This document shows positions 47,692-56,234 of a DNA stretch of 64,000 nt, in pieces. The DNA lies in assembly GCA_965248835.1 (NCBI GenBank), contig CBDFLJ010000002.1, positions 1,184,001 to 1,248,000 on the forward strand, written 5' to 3'. Positions within the stretch are counted from its first letter, which is position 1; each line of letters opens with the position of its first letter. The notes below the pieces were generated by a model. It did no database searches. It was not told the DNA's origin and was given only the letters and a program-made list of their open reading frames with translations. The position numbers and the translations under genes were made by a program. Origin of the DNA: Alphaproteobacteria bacterium (GTDB lineage: Bacteria; Pseudomonadota; Alphaproteobacteria; MPNO01).

Positions 47692-49358
47692 CCGGCCGCG
47701 TCGATCCGATTACCGTCGAGCTCCTGCGCAACCGCATCGCCAGCGTGATGCAGCAGATGGACTACCACTTCTACCGCTCGGGCTATTCGACGATCGTCCG
47801 CGAGTCCCGCGACTTCAGTTGCGTGATCGTCGATGCCGACGGCCGGCTGCTCGTCGCGCCGTGGATGTTCTTCCACGGCCCGGTCTATTACCACCTGATC
47901 CAGCGGATCCTCGCGATCTACGGCACCGCGGACCTCGCCGAGGGCGACGTGTTCGTTTCCAACCACCCCTATGAGGGCAATCTGCCGCACGCCTCCGACA
48001 TGGGCTTCGTCGCTCCGATCGTCCATGACGGCCGGCTCGTGGCCTTCGCGGCCACGATCGCCCACAAGGCCGATGTCGGCGGCACCGTGCCGGGCAGTAC
48101 CTACGGCCAGGCGACCGAGCTCTATCACGAAGGGATGCTGCTGCCGCCGATCCGCATCCACCGGGCGGGCGAGCCGATCGAGGACATGATGCGGCTGATC
48201 GCGGCGAACACCCGCGCGCCCTATGTGGTGCTCGGCGACATTTCGGGCCAGATCGGCGTGACCCGGATCGGCCGCCAGCACGTTCACGAGATGTGCGCGC
48301 GCTACGGCACCGGGACCGTGCTGGCGGCGATGGAAGCGATGATCGACGCCTCGGGCGAGGATTTCCGGGCGGCTCTCGCGCGTATCCCCGACGGGGTCGG
48401 CGAGGCCGAGGGCTTTCTCGATCACGACGGCGTCGACGAGTCCACGCCGGTCCGCATCCATGTCCGGGTTGCCGTCAAGGACGGGCGGCTGGCCTTCGAC
48501 TTCACCGGCTGCGATGCGCAGACGCGCGGGCCGGTGAACCTGCGGATCGCAATGGTCGAGGCGTGCGTGTTCTACTGCCTGATCGGGCTGCTCGATCCCG
48601 ATCTGCGCTTCTCTGACGGCGCGCGCAAGCTGGTCAGCTTCAGCTTCGCGCCGCGCAGCGTGCTGAGCGCCGAGCCGCCGGCGCCGTGCTCGTCCTACAT
48701 GAAGACCTGCCAGAAGCTGGTGGACGTCATCCTTGAGGCGCTCGACCCGCTGCTCGAGGGGCGGGCGATCGCCCATTCCGGCGGCAGCGGCGGCTCGATC
48801 GTTGTCGCCTGGCAGGACGGGGCGGCGAGCGACCGCGGCAACCAGTACGAGATCTTCGGCAGCGCCTACGGGGCCGGCGAAGGCGCCGACGGCGCCTCGG
48901 GTGCGACGGTCCATCTCGCCAACCTCTACGCCGCGCCGGTCGAGATCATCGAATCCGAGTTCCCCTGCCGCATCCGGCGCTTCGAGCTCGATGCCGATTC
49001 GGGCGGGGCGGGGCGGTTCCGCGGCGGGCTCAATTTCCGCCGGGTCTACGAGCTGCTCGCGCCGGCCCAGGTGGTCTACCGCTCCGACAGGGCGCGCGTC
49101 CCGCCGGCCGGACTGCGCGGCGGCAAGCCCGGCGGCCCGAGCCGCCTCACCCTCAACCCCGGCACCGCCGACGCCCGGACCATGCCTTCGTCCTGCCGTC
49201 TCGAGCTCGAGGCGGGCACGGTCTTTTCCGTCAACGGCGCCGGCGGCGGCGGTTACGGCGAGCCCGCCGAGCGCGCCCGCGAGAGCATCGCCCACGACCT
49301 TGAACAAGGCTACGTCACCCGGGAAGGCGCCAGGCGGGACTACGGTTACGAGGGGTAG
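47688..49358 (+). CDS. Hydantoinase/oxoprolinase B subunit
   Basis: S..VRE.RDFS, NHPY, H..DVGG..PGS, EG, P.E..E..FP, DSGGAG.FRGG and GGGGYG.P motifs. Confidence 0.92.
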   Translation: MTGRVDPITVELLRNRIASVMQQMDYHFYRSGYSTIVRESRDFSCVIVDADGRLLVAPWMFFHGPVYYHLIQRILAIYGTADLAEGDVFVSNHPYEGNLPHASDMGFVAPIVHDGRLVAFAATIAHKADVGGTVPGSTYGQATELYHEGMLLPPIRIHRAGEPIEDMMRLIAANTRAPYVVLGDISGQIGVTRIGRQHVHEMCARYGTGTVLAAMEAMIDASGEDFRAALARIPDGVGEAEGFLDHDGVDESTPVRIHVRVAVKDGRLAFDFTGCDAQTRGPVNLRIAMVEACVFYCLIGLLDPDLRFSDGARKLVSFSFAPRSVLSAEPPAPCSSYMKTCQKLVDVILEALDPLLEGRAIAHSGGSGGSIVVAWQDGAASDRGNQYEIFGSAYGAGEGADGASGATVHLANLYAAPVEIIESEFPCRIRRFELDADSGGAGRFRGGLNFRRVYELLAPAQVVYRSDRARVPPAGLRGGKPGGPSRLTLNPGTADARTMPSSCRLELEAGTVFSVNGAGGGGYGEPAERARESIAHDLEQGYVTREGARRDYGYEG

Positions 49359-49403
49359 AGTCAGTTCGCCCCAAAAAATCGACCCCGAGCCCAACTGACG
49401 TTC

Positions 49404-50528
49404 TCAGGCGCAGGCCGCACCTTCGACAAGGGATTCAAGCTTGAGACGGGCGATCGCCGGGTCGATCTTGCCGATGCCGGCAAAGGTGGCAAAGCCGCAA
49501 TCGGTGCCGGCGATGACGCGCTCGCGCCCGACAAGGTCGACGAAGCGGCCGATCCGTTCGGCGACCAGGGCGGGGTGCTCGACATAGTTGGTCGTCGAAT
49601 CGATCACCCCGGGGATGAGGATCTTGTCATCCGGCAGGCCGCGGCCGCGAAAGACCGTCCATTCGTGGGCATGGCGCGGGTTCGCCGCCTCGAACAGCAA
49701 CGCCTGCGGCTTGGCCTTCATCAGCGCGGCAAAGATCTTGTCCAGTGCAATGTCGCGGTGGTGCGGGCCCTCGTAGTTGCCCCAGCAGACATGCATGCGC
49801 GCGCGCTCGGCCGGCACGTTCGCGAGCGCGGCGTTAAGCACCGCGACATGGACCTCCGCATGGCGGACGAAGTCGGCATCGCTGTCGCGGCTGTAGACCA
49901 CGTGCCGGCCCATGGCGAGATCGGGGCAGTCGATCTGGACGGTCAGCCCCGCCCGGGCGATCGCTTCGTATTCCCCGGCCATCGCTTCGGCGAGCGCGGC
50001 CAGATAGGCGTCCTGGTTCGGATAGTGGTCGTTCGCCTGGAAAATGGCGATCACGCCCGGGGATGCGGCGTTCATAAAGCCGTCCGCGATTCCGGCCTCG
50101 GCGAGCGTGCGGGTCAGGCGATCGATCTCGCGGGCGGCCGGCGCCCGGTCGCGCACCGCCACCGGGCCGGTACAGCGCGGCCGGTGCAGCCGGCGGGTGC
50201 CGGCGGCCTGGCCCATCTGCCGGCGATAGTCCGGGAAGTCGCCAAGATCGTCGAACAGGAGCGAAGGGCTCTCGCCGGAGAACCCGCTCAGCCGGTCCTG
50301 GATGTATGTCGCATAGCCGGTCCGGCCGACCTCGCCGTCGTTGACGATGTCGATGCCGATCGCGGCCTGCTCGGCAACGATCTCGGCGACCGCGCGGTCG
50401 ATGCGCGCCTCGAAGTCATCCGCATCGTAATCCTCGCCATGCTCCTTGGCGTGGAGCAGCGCCACCACATCGGCGGGCCGGGGCAGGCTGCCGACATGGG
50501 TGGTCCGGATGCGCGGAGGCTCAGAAAT
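49404..50528 (-). CDS. Cobalamin-independent methionine synthase II (MetE C-terminal fold)/epoxyalkane:CoM transferase-like Zn enzyme
   Basis: TTHVGSLPRP, DGE, QIDCPDL, HVCWGNY, FEAANPRH and GTDCGF motifs (His/Cys/Glu/Cys Zn ligands). Start uncertain: ATT 50528 assumed, TTG 50684 is the alternative. Confidence 0.82.
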   Translation of the reverse strand: MSEPPRIRTTHVGSLPRPADVVALLHAKEHGEDYDADDFEARIDRAVAEIVAEQAAIGIDIVNDGEVGRTGYATYIQDRLSGFSGESPSLLFDDLGDFPDYRRQMGQAAGTRRLHRPRCTGPVAVRDRAPAAREIDRLTRTLAEAGIADGFMNAASPGVIAIFQANDHYPNQDAYLAALAEAMAGEYEAIARAGLTVQIDCPDLAMGRHVVYSRDSDADFVRHAEVHVAVLNAALANVPAERARMHVCWGNYEGPHHRDIALDKIFAALMKAKPQALLFEAANPRHAHEWTVFRGRGLPDDKILIPGVIDSTTNYVEHPALVAERIGRFVDLVGRERVIAGTDCGFATFAGIGKIDPAIARLKLESLVEGAACA

Positions 50529-51357
50529 GGATCGCCTGGCCGCCGAGGTCGCGCCAGGCCACGGGTGCGCCGGCCGCCTCGGCCGCCTCCCCGGGCGGCA
50601 GCGTGGGATCGAACAGTGCCGCGCGGAAGCGCCGGCCGTTGACCTGATCGGCCTCCCGGCTGGCGAGCCAGCATATGGGCGCAACCATGACCTCGGGGCG
50701 GATCAGCAGGGAGCGGTCGACGAAGCGCCCATCGTTCGGGATCATCCGTGTGTCGGCGCGACCGCCGGGGACCAGGACGTTCGCCGTCACCCCGGTGCCC
50801 TCGACCTCGTGGGCCAGCACCGACATGAAGCCTTCCGCGCAGGACTTGGCCGGGCCGTAGGCGCCGATCCCGCCGGCCATCATGGTATCGAGGCTGGTGG
50901 TCACGGTGACGATCCGCCCCCAGCCGCGCTCGAGCATGGCGGGGATCGCCGCCCGAGTCATGATGAACGGCCCGCTGCCGTTGACCGCGACGGTGGCAAG
51001 CCACAGGTCGATATCGACCTGCCAGACGGGCGGGCGCGGCCGGGTGTTGGTCGGCGCGTGTTCCTGGGGTCCGAGGGCGGCGTTGTTGACCAGCATGTCG
51101 AGCTGGCCGAAAGCCTGCTCGACCGCGGCGACCGCGGCGGCGGCATCATCGGGTCTGGTGACGTCGCCGGCGATGCCGATTACCCTGGTCGGGTCGCTCG
51201 CCGCCCCGATCGCGGCCACCGCGTCCGCGCGCTCGGGCGCGTCGCGTTCCATGACCGCCACGTTCGCACCGGACTCCGCAAGTGCCGCCGCCATCGTCCT
51301 GCCGAGCCCGCGCCCGGCGCCGGTTACCAAGACTGTCGTACCGCTGAGATCGCTCAC
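50521..51357 (-). CDS. SDR family oxidoreductase
   Basis: TGAGRGLG, NNAA, YGPAK and N.LVPGG motifs. Confidence 0.9.
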   Translation of the reverse strand: MSDLSGTTVLVTGAGRGLGRTMAAALAESGANVAVMERDAPERADAVAAIGAASDPTRVIGIAGDVTRPDDAAAAVAAVEQAFGQLDMLVNNAALGPQEHAPTNTRPRPPVWQVDIDLWLATVAVNGSGPFIMTRAAIPAMLERGWGRIVTVTTSLDTMMAGGIGAYGPAKSCAEGFMSVLAHEVEGTGVTANVLVPGGRADTRMIPNDGRFVDRSLLIRPEVMVAPICWLASREADQVNGRRFRAALFDPTLPPGEAAEAAGAPVAWRDLGGQAIHF

Positions 51358-51375
51358 ACTCGTCCTCGCTCGCTG

Positions 51376-52221
51376 CTACTCATCAGGCATGATCGCCTGG
51401 GTGCCGAGTTGCTGCCAGGCGACTGTGGCGCCGGCTTTTTCGATATTGGCCTCCGCGCTCGCCTCGGGGTCCCACAGGGCGGCCAGGAACCGCATGCCGT
51501 TGACCCCGGCCGAGGCATCCGAGGCGAGCCAGACCGAGGGCGCCACCATCACCGACGGCTGGATCAGGGCATCGCGCTCGAAGCCGCTCGCCTCGGGTAT
51601 CATGCGCGTGTTGGCGGGTCCGCCCGGGACCAGCACGTTGGCGGTAACGCCTGTGCCCTCGAGGTCCTGGGACATGACGCAGGTGTTGGCTTCGCAGGCC
51701 GCTTTGGACGGGCCATAGGCTCCGCTGCCCTTGAGGTACATGGTCCCGAGGCTGGTGGTCACGTTGATGATGCGCCCGCTGCCGCGCTCCAGCATGTGCG
51801 GGACCGCGGCGGTGGCCATCAGCTGGGGGCCGTAGGCGTTGACCGACAGCGTGCGCTGCCACCAGGCGAGGTCGCATTCCCAGAATTTGGGCGGGTTCTT
51901 CATGAAGTCCTCGCCGAAGACCTGCGGGCCGATCGCAGCGTCGTTGAGCAGCACATCGAGCCTGCCGTAGCGCTCGATCGCGGCGGCGACCGCAGCCTCG
52001 GCGTTCTCCCGCTCGGTCACGTCGGCCCGGATCGGGATTGCGACCCCCTGGCCGCCGGCTTTCTCGGCCTCGGCCGCGACGGCGCGGAGCACGTCCTCGT
52101 CGACATCGACGAGCGCCACCGAAGCCCCGGCGGCGATCATGCCGAGCGCCATCGCCCGACCGAGGCCGCGCCCTGCGCCGGTCATCATGACCACCTTGCC
52201 GTCCAGCGGTTTCCCGGCCAT
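51376..52221 (-). CDS. SDR family oxidoreductase (paralog of adjacent gene)
   Basis: TGAGRGLG, NDAA, YGPSK and N.LVPGG motifs. Confidence 0.9.
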   Translation of the reverse strand: MAGKPLDGKVVMMTGAGRGLGRAMALGMIAAGASVALVDVDEDVLRAVAAEAEKAGGQGVAIPIRADVTERENAEAAVAAAIERYGRLDVLLNDAAIGPQVFGEDFMKNPPKFWECDLAWWQRTLSVNAYGPQLMATAAVPHMLERGSGRIINVTTSLGTMYLKGSGAYGPSKAACEANTCVMSQDLEGTGVTANVLVPGGPANTRMIPEASGFERDALIQPSVMVAPSVWLASDASAGVNGMRFLAALWDPEASAEANIEKAGATVAWQQLGTQAIMPDE

Positions 52222-52239
52222 GGGTCTTTCCTCCCGAGT

Positions 52240-53355
52240 CTATGTCGAGCCGGCGACGTCGAGGCCGATATGGACCACCTCCGTGCCGTCGTCGATTTCC
52301 CGGCCCAATGCCCGCACGGCCGTGTCGGTCTCGGCAAGCGGGAACATGTGCGAGCACAGCGGCTTCAGCTCATCACCGCGGCGCTTCAATATGTCGAGCG
52401 AGCGGTCGATCGACACCCAGCTCGCCGACAGGACGCCGATGAGCTGGATCTCGTTGATCACGATCTTGTCGGTGATCAGATCGCCCACCGGCTTGAAGCT
52501 CTTCAGGCCGGCCAGCACGATACGGCCGCCGCGGCGCACCATGTCGACCGCATCGATAATCGGCTGGGTTGCGCCGGCGGAGACCTCGACCACCACGTCG
52601 GCGCCGCGCCCGCCGGTCAGTTCGCGGACCACCTCGACAGGGTTCTGCTTGTCCACGTCCACGCACACATCCGCGCCGAGCTGCCGGGCCAGTCCGAGCC
52701 GGTGCGCGTCCTGTGCGGTGCCGGTGACGATGACGGTGCCCGCGCCGGCCTCCCGGGCCGCGACCACGCACAGCAACCCACGCTGGCCGGGTCCCTCGAT
52801 CACCACGGTCTCGCCGATCTGGGTGTTGGGTGCCTCATAGGCCCAGCGGACGCCGTTGGCCAGCGGGTTGAACAGCGACAGCACGTCGCGCGGGATCGTG
52901 TCTGGCACTTTATGCACCAGGGAGTGCGGGTGCAGATACATGTGGCTCGCATACCCGCCCCACAGGCCGGGCGCGGTGTTCGTCGACTGATAGAGGCCGT
53001 AGCCGAGGTTGCTCTCGCACAGCGTGGTCTTGCCGATCGCGCATTGGAAGCAGTGGCCGCAGGCGATGATCCCCTCGACCACCACGCGGTCGCCCTCCTT
53101 GACTTTCCAGCGCTTGGCGGCCTCCGGACCGACCCGGTCGATCCAGCCCATGATCTCGTGGCCGGGAATGATCGGGGTGATGTCCCACGGCGTGCCCACC
53201 AGATGGCCGGTATATTGCTCGTAATCGGTGCCGCACAGGCCGGCTGCCTCGACCCGGAGCACACCCTCATCGGCGCCGATCTCGGGCAAGTCGAAGTCGC
53301 GGAACGCGAAGGTGCGCGGGCCTGTCAGAACGGCCGCGTTGGCTTGCTCGACCAT
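52240..53355 (-). CDS. Zinc-dependent alcohol dehydrogenase (MDR family)
   Basis: GLCGTD, PGHE, CGHCFQC.......C and GPGQRG motifs. Confidence 0.9.
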   Translation of the reverse strand: MVEQANAAVLTGPRTFAFRDFDLPEIGADEGVLRVEAAGLCGTDYEQYTGHLVGTPWDITPIIPGHEIMGWIDRVGPEAAKRWKVKEGDRVVVEGIIACGHCFQCAIGKTTLCESNLGYGLYQSTNTAPGLWGGYASHMYLHPHSLVHKVPDTIPRDVLSLFNPLANGVRWAYEAPNTQIGETVVIEGPGQRGLLCVVAAREAGAGTVIVTGTAQDAHRLGLARQLGADVCVDVDKQNPVEVVRELTGGRGADVVVEVSAGATQPIIDAVDMVRRGGRIVLAGLKSFKPVGDLITDKIVINEIQLIGVLSASWVSIDRSLDILKRRGDELKPLCSHMFPLAETDTAVRALGREIDDGTEVVHIGLDVAGST

Positions 53356-53383
53356 TGGCGTGTCTCCTTTGCCTTGAAAGGCG

Positions 53384-53410
53384 GCCGCCGGGACGAACTG
53401 CCCCGGCGGC
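53384..53410 (-). terminator. GC stem-loop downstream of dctP (weak terminator or mRNA stabiliser)
   Basis: GCCGCCGGG (53384-53392) pairs with CCCGGCGGC (53402-53410); only a short TTT follows on the minus strand. Confidence 0.45.
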
Positions 53411-53430
53411 GTATCGAAGCCGGCGCGCTT

Positions 53431-54456
53431 CTACGCTCCGGCGTGCGACTTTGCAGTCTCCTTCATCAACTCGAACATCTCCTTTGTGTCCTTGCGGGCG
53501 CCGAGGACATCGTCGCCGATCGGCTTGGTGATCTCCATGAACTGCTTCTGCTCGGCCGGCGAAAGCCGGATCACCTCGGCGCCGCCATCGCGCCATTTCT
53601 GCTCTGCGGTGGCCGCGAATTCCTGGCCGACCTTGTACATGTGCGGCTCGACCGCGCGGCCGGCTTCTTCAACCACCTTCTTAAGGTCGGCCGGCAATTT
53701 GTTGTAAAACGCCATAGAGACGAAGCCGACACAAGGGATGTAGGTGTCGTTGACCACGGTGATGAATTTGGTGACCGTGAAGTGCTTGGTCGCGGCCATC
53801 ACCACGATCGAGGAGCGGATACCGTCGATCAGCTTTCGCTGCAAGGCCGGCAATGTCTCGCCATAGGGCATCGGCACACCGGTGGCGCCCAAGCGCCGCA
53901 TGACCTCGGTCTCGACCTTGGTGGCGAGCACGCGGAACTTGCGGCCTCTGAAGTCGGCCAACGTGCGGACCGGCTTGAGCGAGGCGTAGGAGGTCGGCCC
54001 GTACATCCACACGCTGACACCCTTGACGCCCTTCGTGGTGCCGATGTTCAGGAACGGGTCGCGGAAGCGCCGGTCGGTGATGGTGTCGTGCGCATGCTTG
54101 GGGCTGTTGAAGACGCCAGGGACCTCAAGGACTTGGAATCGCGAGTCGACGCCTTTCAGGAAACCTGCAGGCGTGCCGAAGAACTCGACCGTGCCGAGCT
54201 GCAGGCCCTCGACCATGCGGGGGATCTTGCCGAGTTGTCCGGAGGGGTAAAGATCGGCCTTGATGCGGCCGCCGGACAGTTTCTCGACCTCGCCCTTGTA
54301 CGCCCTGATGAACTCGTGCAGCGGGTCGTTGGCGACGACGATTGCCAGCTTCATGGTGTATTTCTGCGCTGCGGCCGGATCGACCCGGCCGAGCAGCGCG
54401 GTCACGGCGAGGAGGGCGGCTAGCCCCCAAACCGTCGCTCGACCTGTTGTCCTCAT
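53431..54456 (-). CDS. TRAP transporter substrate-binding protein (solitary DctP)
   Basis: Signal peptide; GRI...LYP.GQLG, DF.G.KFR and P.PY.E...ALQ...IDG motifs. Confidence 0.9.
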   Translation of the reverse strand: MRTTGRATVWGLAALLAVTALLGRVDPAAAQKYTMKLAIVVANDPLHEFIRAYKGEVEKLSGGRIKADLYPSGQLGKIPRMVEGLQLGTVEFFGTPAGFLKGVDSRFQVLEVPGVFNSPKHAHDTITDRRFRDPFLNIGTTKGVKGVSVWMYGPTSYASLKPVRTLADFRGRKFRVLATKVETEVMRRLGATGVPMPYGETLPALQRKLIDGIRSSIVVMAATKHFTVTKFITVVNDTYIPCVGFVSMAFYNKLPADLKKVVEEAGRAVEPHMYKVGQEFAATAEQKWRDGGAEVIRLSPAEQKQFMEITKPIGDDVLGARKDTKEMFELMKETAKSHAGA

Positions 54457-54578
54457 GCTTCACCTCCGAATGAGTCGAATTCGCATCGTTGATTGCCCCG
54501 CGGTCTGCGTGACCGCCTGGTTATGCGGCAACGGCTCGATACTGGCGTAGATGCCCGAAGGTGTAAACGGCCGCCCGG

Positions 54579-55313
54579 TCAGACGGGCGCAGCGGCGATG
54601 CACGAGGCCGCAAAGTCCGGGTAGACCTCCGCGATCTGGTCGCGCACCGGACCGCGGATCAGCGCCAGACGGTCGGGCTCGGGCGACGGCGTTTGCGGAA
54701 TTTCCGCCGGCACGTCGAAGCCGAAACCCGTCTGGCGTTCGACATCGGTCAGACCGACCCCGGGATGGAGGCTTCGCAGGCGGAACCGTGCCCGGTCGCG
54801 GTCGAAGGCGAACACGCACAGGCCGGTTACCAGCGCATACGGCCCGCCGGGCCGGTATATTCCGGGCGGGCTGGTGCCGGGTGCGCTGATGAAATCGACC
54901 GCCTCGACCAGGACGCGACGGCTGTGCTCGTCGCGGAACAGGATCACCCTGGGGATCAGGAAGTACAGGAAAGCCGAGCCGTAGCTGCCCGGGAATCTTG
55001 TCTCCAGGGCAGGATAGGACCCGGTGCCCACGAGATTGATGTTGCCCGTCCCGTCGATCTGGCCGCCGCCCAGGAAGAAGGCATCGATCCGTCCTTGGGC
55101 GGCGCGGTCGTGCAGCTCGCTTCCGCCGTCGCTGAACGGGTTGTGACGCCGGCTGCCCAGTATGCTGGCTCGGGTCCGCCCGCCGCTGTCGGCCTGCACC
55201 GCGAGAGCGGCCGTGGCCGGTATCGGCGAATTGGTGCCCACGGCGACATTGGCGAGCCCGGCGATCATCCGGGCGAGCACGCAGGCCAGAAACTCTTCGC
55301 GCGTCGCTTTCAC
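54579..55313 (-). CDS. CoA-transferase family I beta subunit (GctB-like)
   Basis: FFLGGGQID..GNINL, RFPGS.G, V..VDFIS.PG and L.SLHPG motifs. Confidence 0.82.
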   Translation of the reverse strand: MKATREEFLACVLARMIAGLANVAVGTNSPIPATAALAVQADSGGRTRASILGSRRHNPFSDGGSELHDRAAQGRIDAFFLGGGQIDGTGNINLVGTGSYPALETRFPGSYGSAFLYFLIPRVILFRDEHSRRVLVEAVDFISAPGTSPPGIYRPGGPYALVTGLCVFAFDRDRARFRLRSLHPGVGLTDVERQTGFGFDVPAEIPQTPSPEPDRLALIRGPVRDQIAEVYPDFAASCIAAAPV

Positions 55314-55316
55314 CGC

Positions 55317-56141
55317 CTATTCGGCCTGCACCCTGCCGGCGACGCAGTCCCGGAGGTAGCGCGCGAAGCCGTCCTCGGTCCGCGCGGCCGCGGCGTATTC
55401 GGCGAGATGCGTCCGGTCCGCCTCGTAGGTGCCGGCGAGCCCGAGCGGCCAGGCACCGTTGGGGACATGGGCCGCGGCCTCGATATAGAGCGGTGCGATG
55501 GTGCCGGCCAGGTAGCGCTCGTCCTCCATCAGATTGCCGTCAAACCGCGCTTCGTAGGTCGCGACCGTGGTCTTGGCGGCATGTGCCAGCACGATCGCCT
55601 CGCGCGCGTTGCCGACCCAGAGGTTGCCGTATGCATCGCCCAGCCGGGCATGGAACAGCGCGACGTCCGGGCGGACCGCAGGCAGGACGACGACCGGGTC
55701 CTCGTCCGCGGCGAACGGGTTCTGCATCACCTTCCAGTCGTCGCGGTGGGCAAGCAGGTCCGAGCCGATGATGCCGCGCAGGGACACGAAGGGCATGCCC
55801 TTCTCGCCGGCCTGGACGGCGGCGTACATCGCCTGGCAGGTCGCATCGCGCATCTCCAGGCGGTCCTGCTCGACGGCGCGCCGAAAGCGGGGCGCGGCGC
55901 CGTGCTCGCCGAGCGAGAGGCCGCTGCATTCGATGCGCCGCACACAGCCTGCACCGATCAGGAGGTCGGCCAGGTATCCGCCCGATGGCAGGCACCATAG
56001 GCTCAAGTCGCGCACGCCGCGCCGGATCAGGGCGCGCACCGCCGCGCTGGCGGCACCGGCCTCGGCCTTGGGCAGAGCCAGAAGGCAGCCGTCGGAGACC
56101 GCTGCCAGGATCGTTTCGAGCGCTTCTTCGCAATCGTGCAC
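55317..56141 (-). CDS. CoA-transferase family I alpha subunit (GctA-like)
   Basis: R.LIRRG..DL, DLLIGAG, GE.G.APRF, G.PF...RG..GSD and PA..PDVALFH...GD..GN motifs. Confidence 0.82.
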   Translation of the reverse strand: MHDCEEALETILAAVSDGCLLALPKAEAGAASAAVRALIRRGVRDLSLWCLPSGGYLADLLIGAGCVRRIECSGLSLGEHGAAPRFRRAVEQDRLEMRDATCQAMYAAVQAGEKGMPFVSLRGIIGSDLLAHRDDWKVMQNPFAADEDPVVVLPAVRPDVALFHARLGDAYGNLWVGNAREAIVLAHAAKTTVATYEARFDGNLMEDERYLAGTIAPLYIEAAAHVPNGAWPLGLAGTYEADRTHLAEYAAAARTEDGFARYLRDCVAGRVQAE

Positions 56142-56234
56142 GGCCGCTGTCTCGCGCTGGGAACTCTTGTCCGAATGTGATCCGCGGCGCGCGCCCTGGC
56201 AATGATTTCCTGCCGGATGCGGCGGCGGGGCGGC

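Noticed and set aside
50446-54423. 1325-aa plus-strand ORF
   Set aside because: Antisense to the SDR, ADH and DctP genes, which carry clear family motifs.
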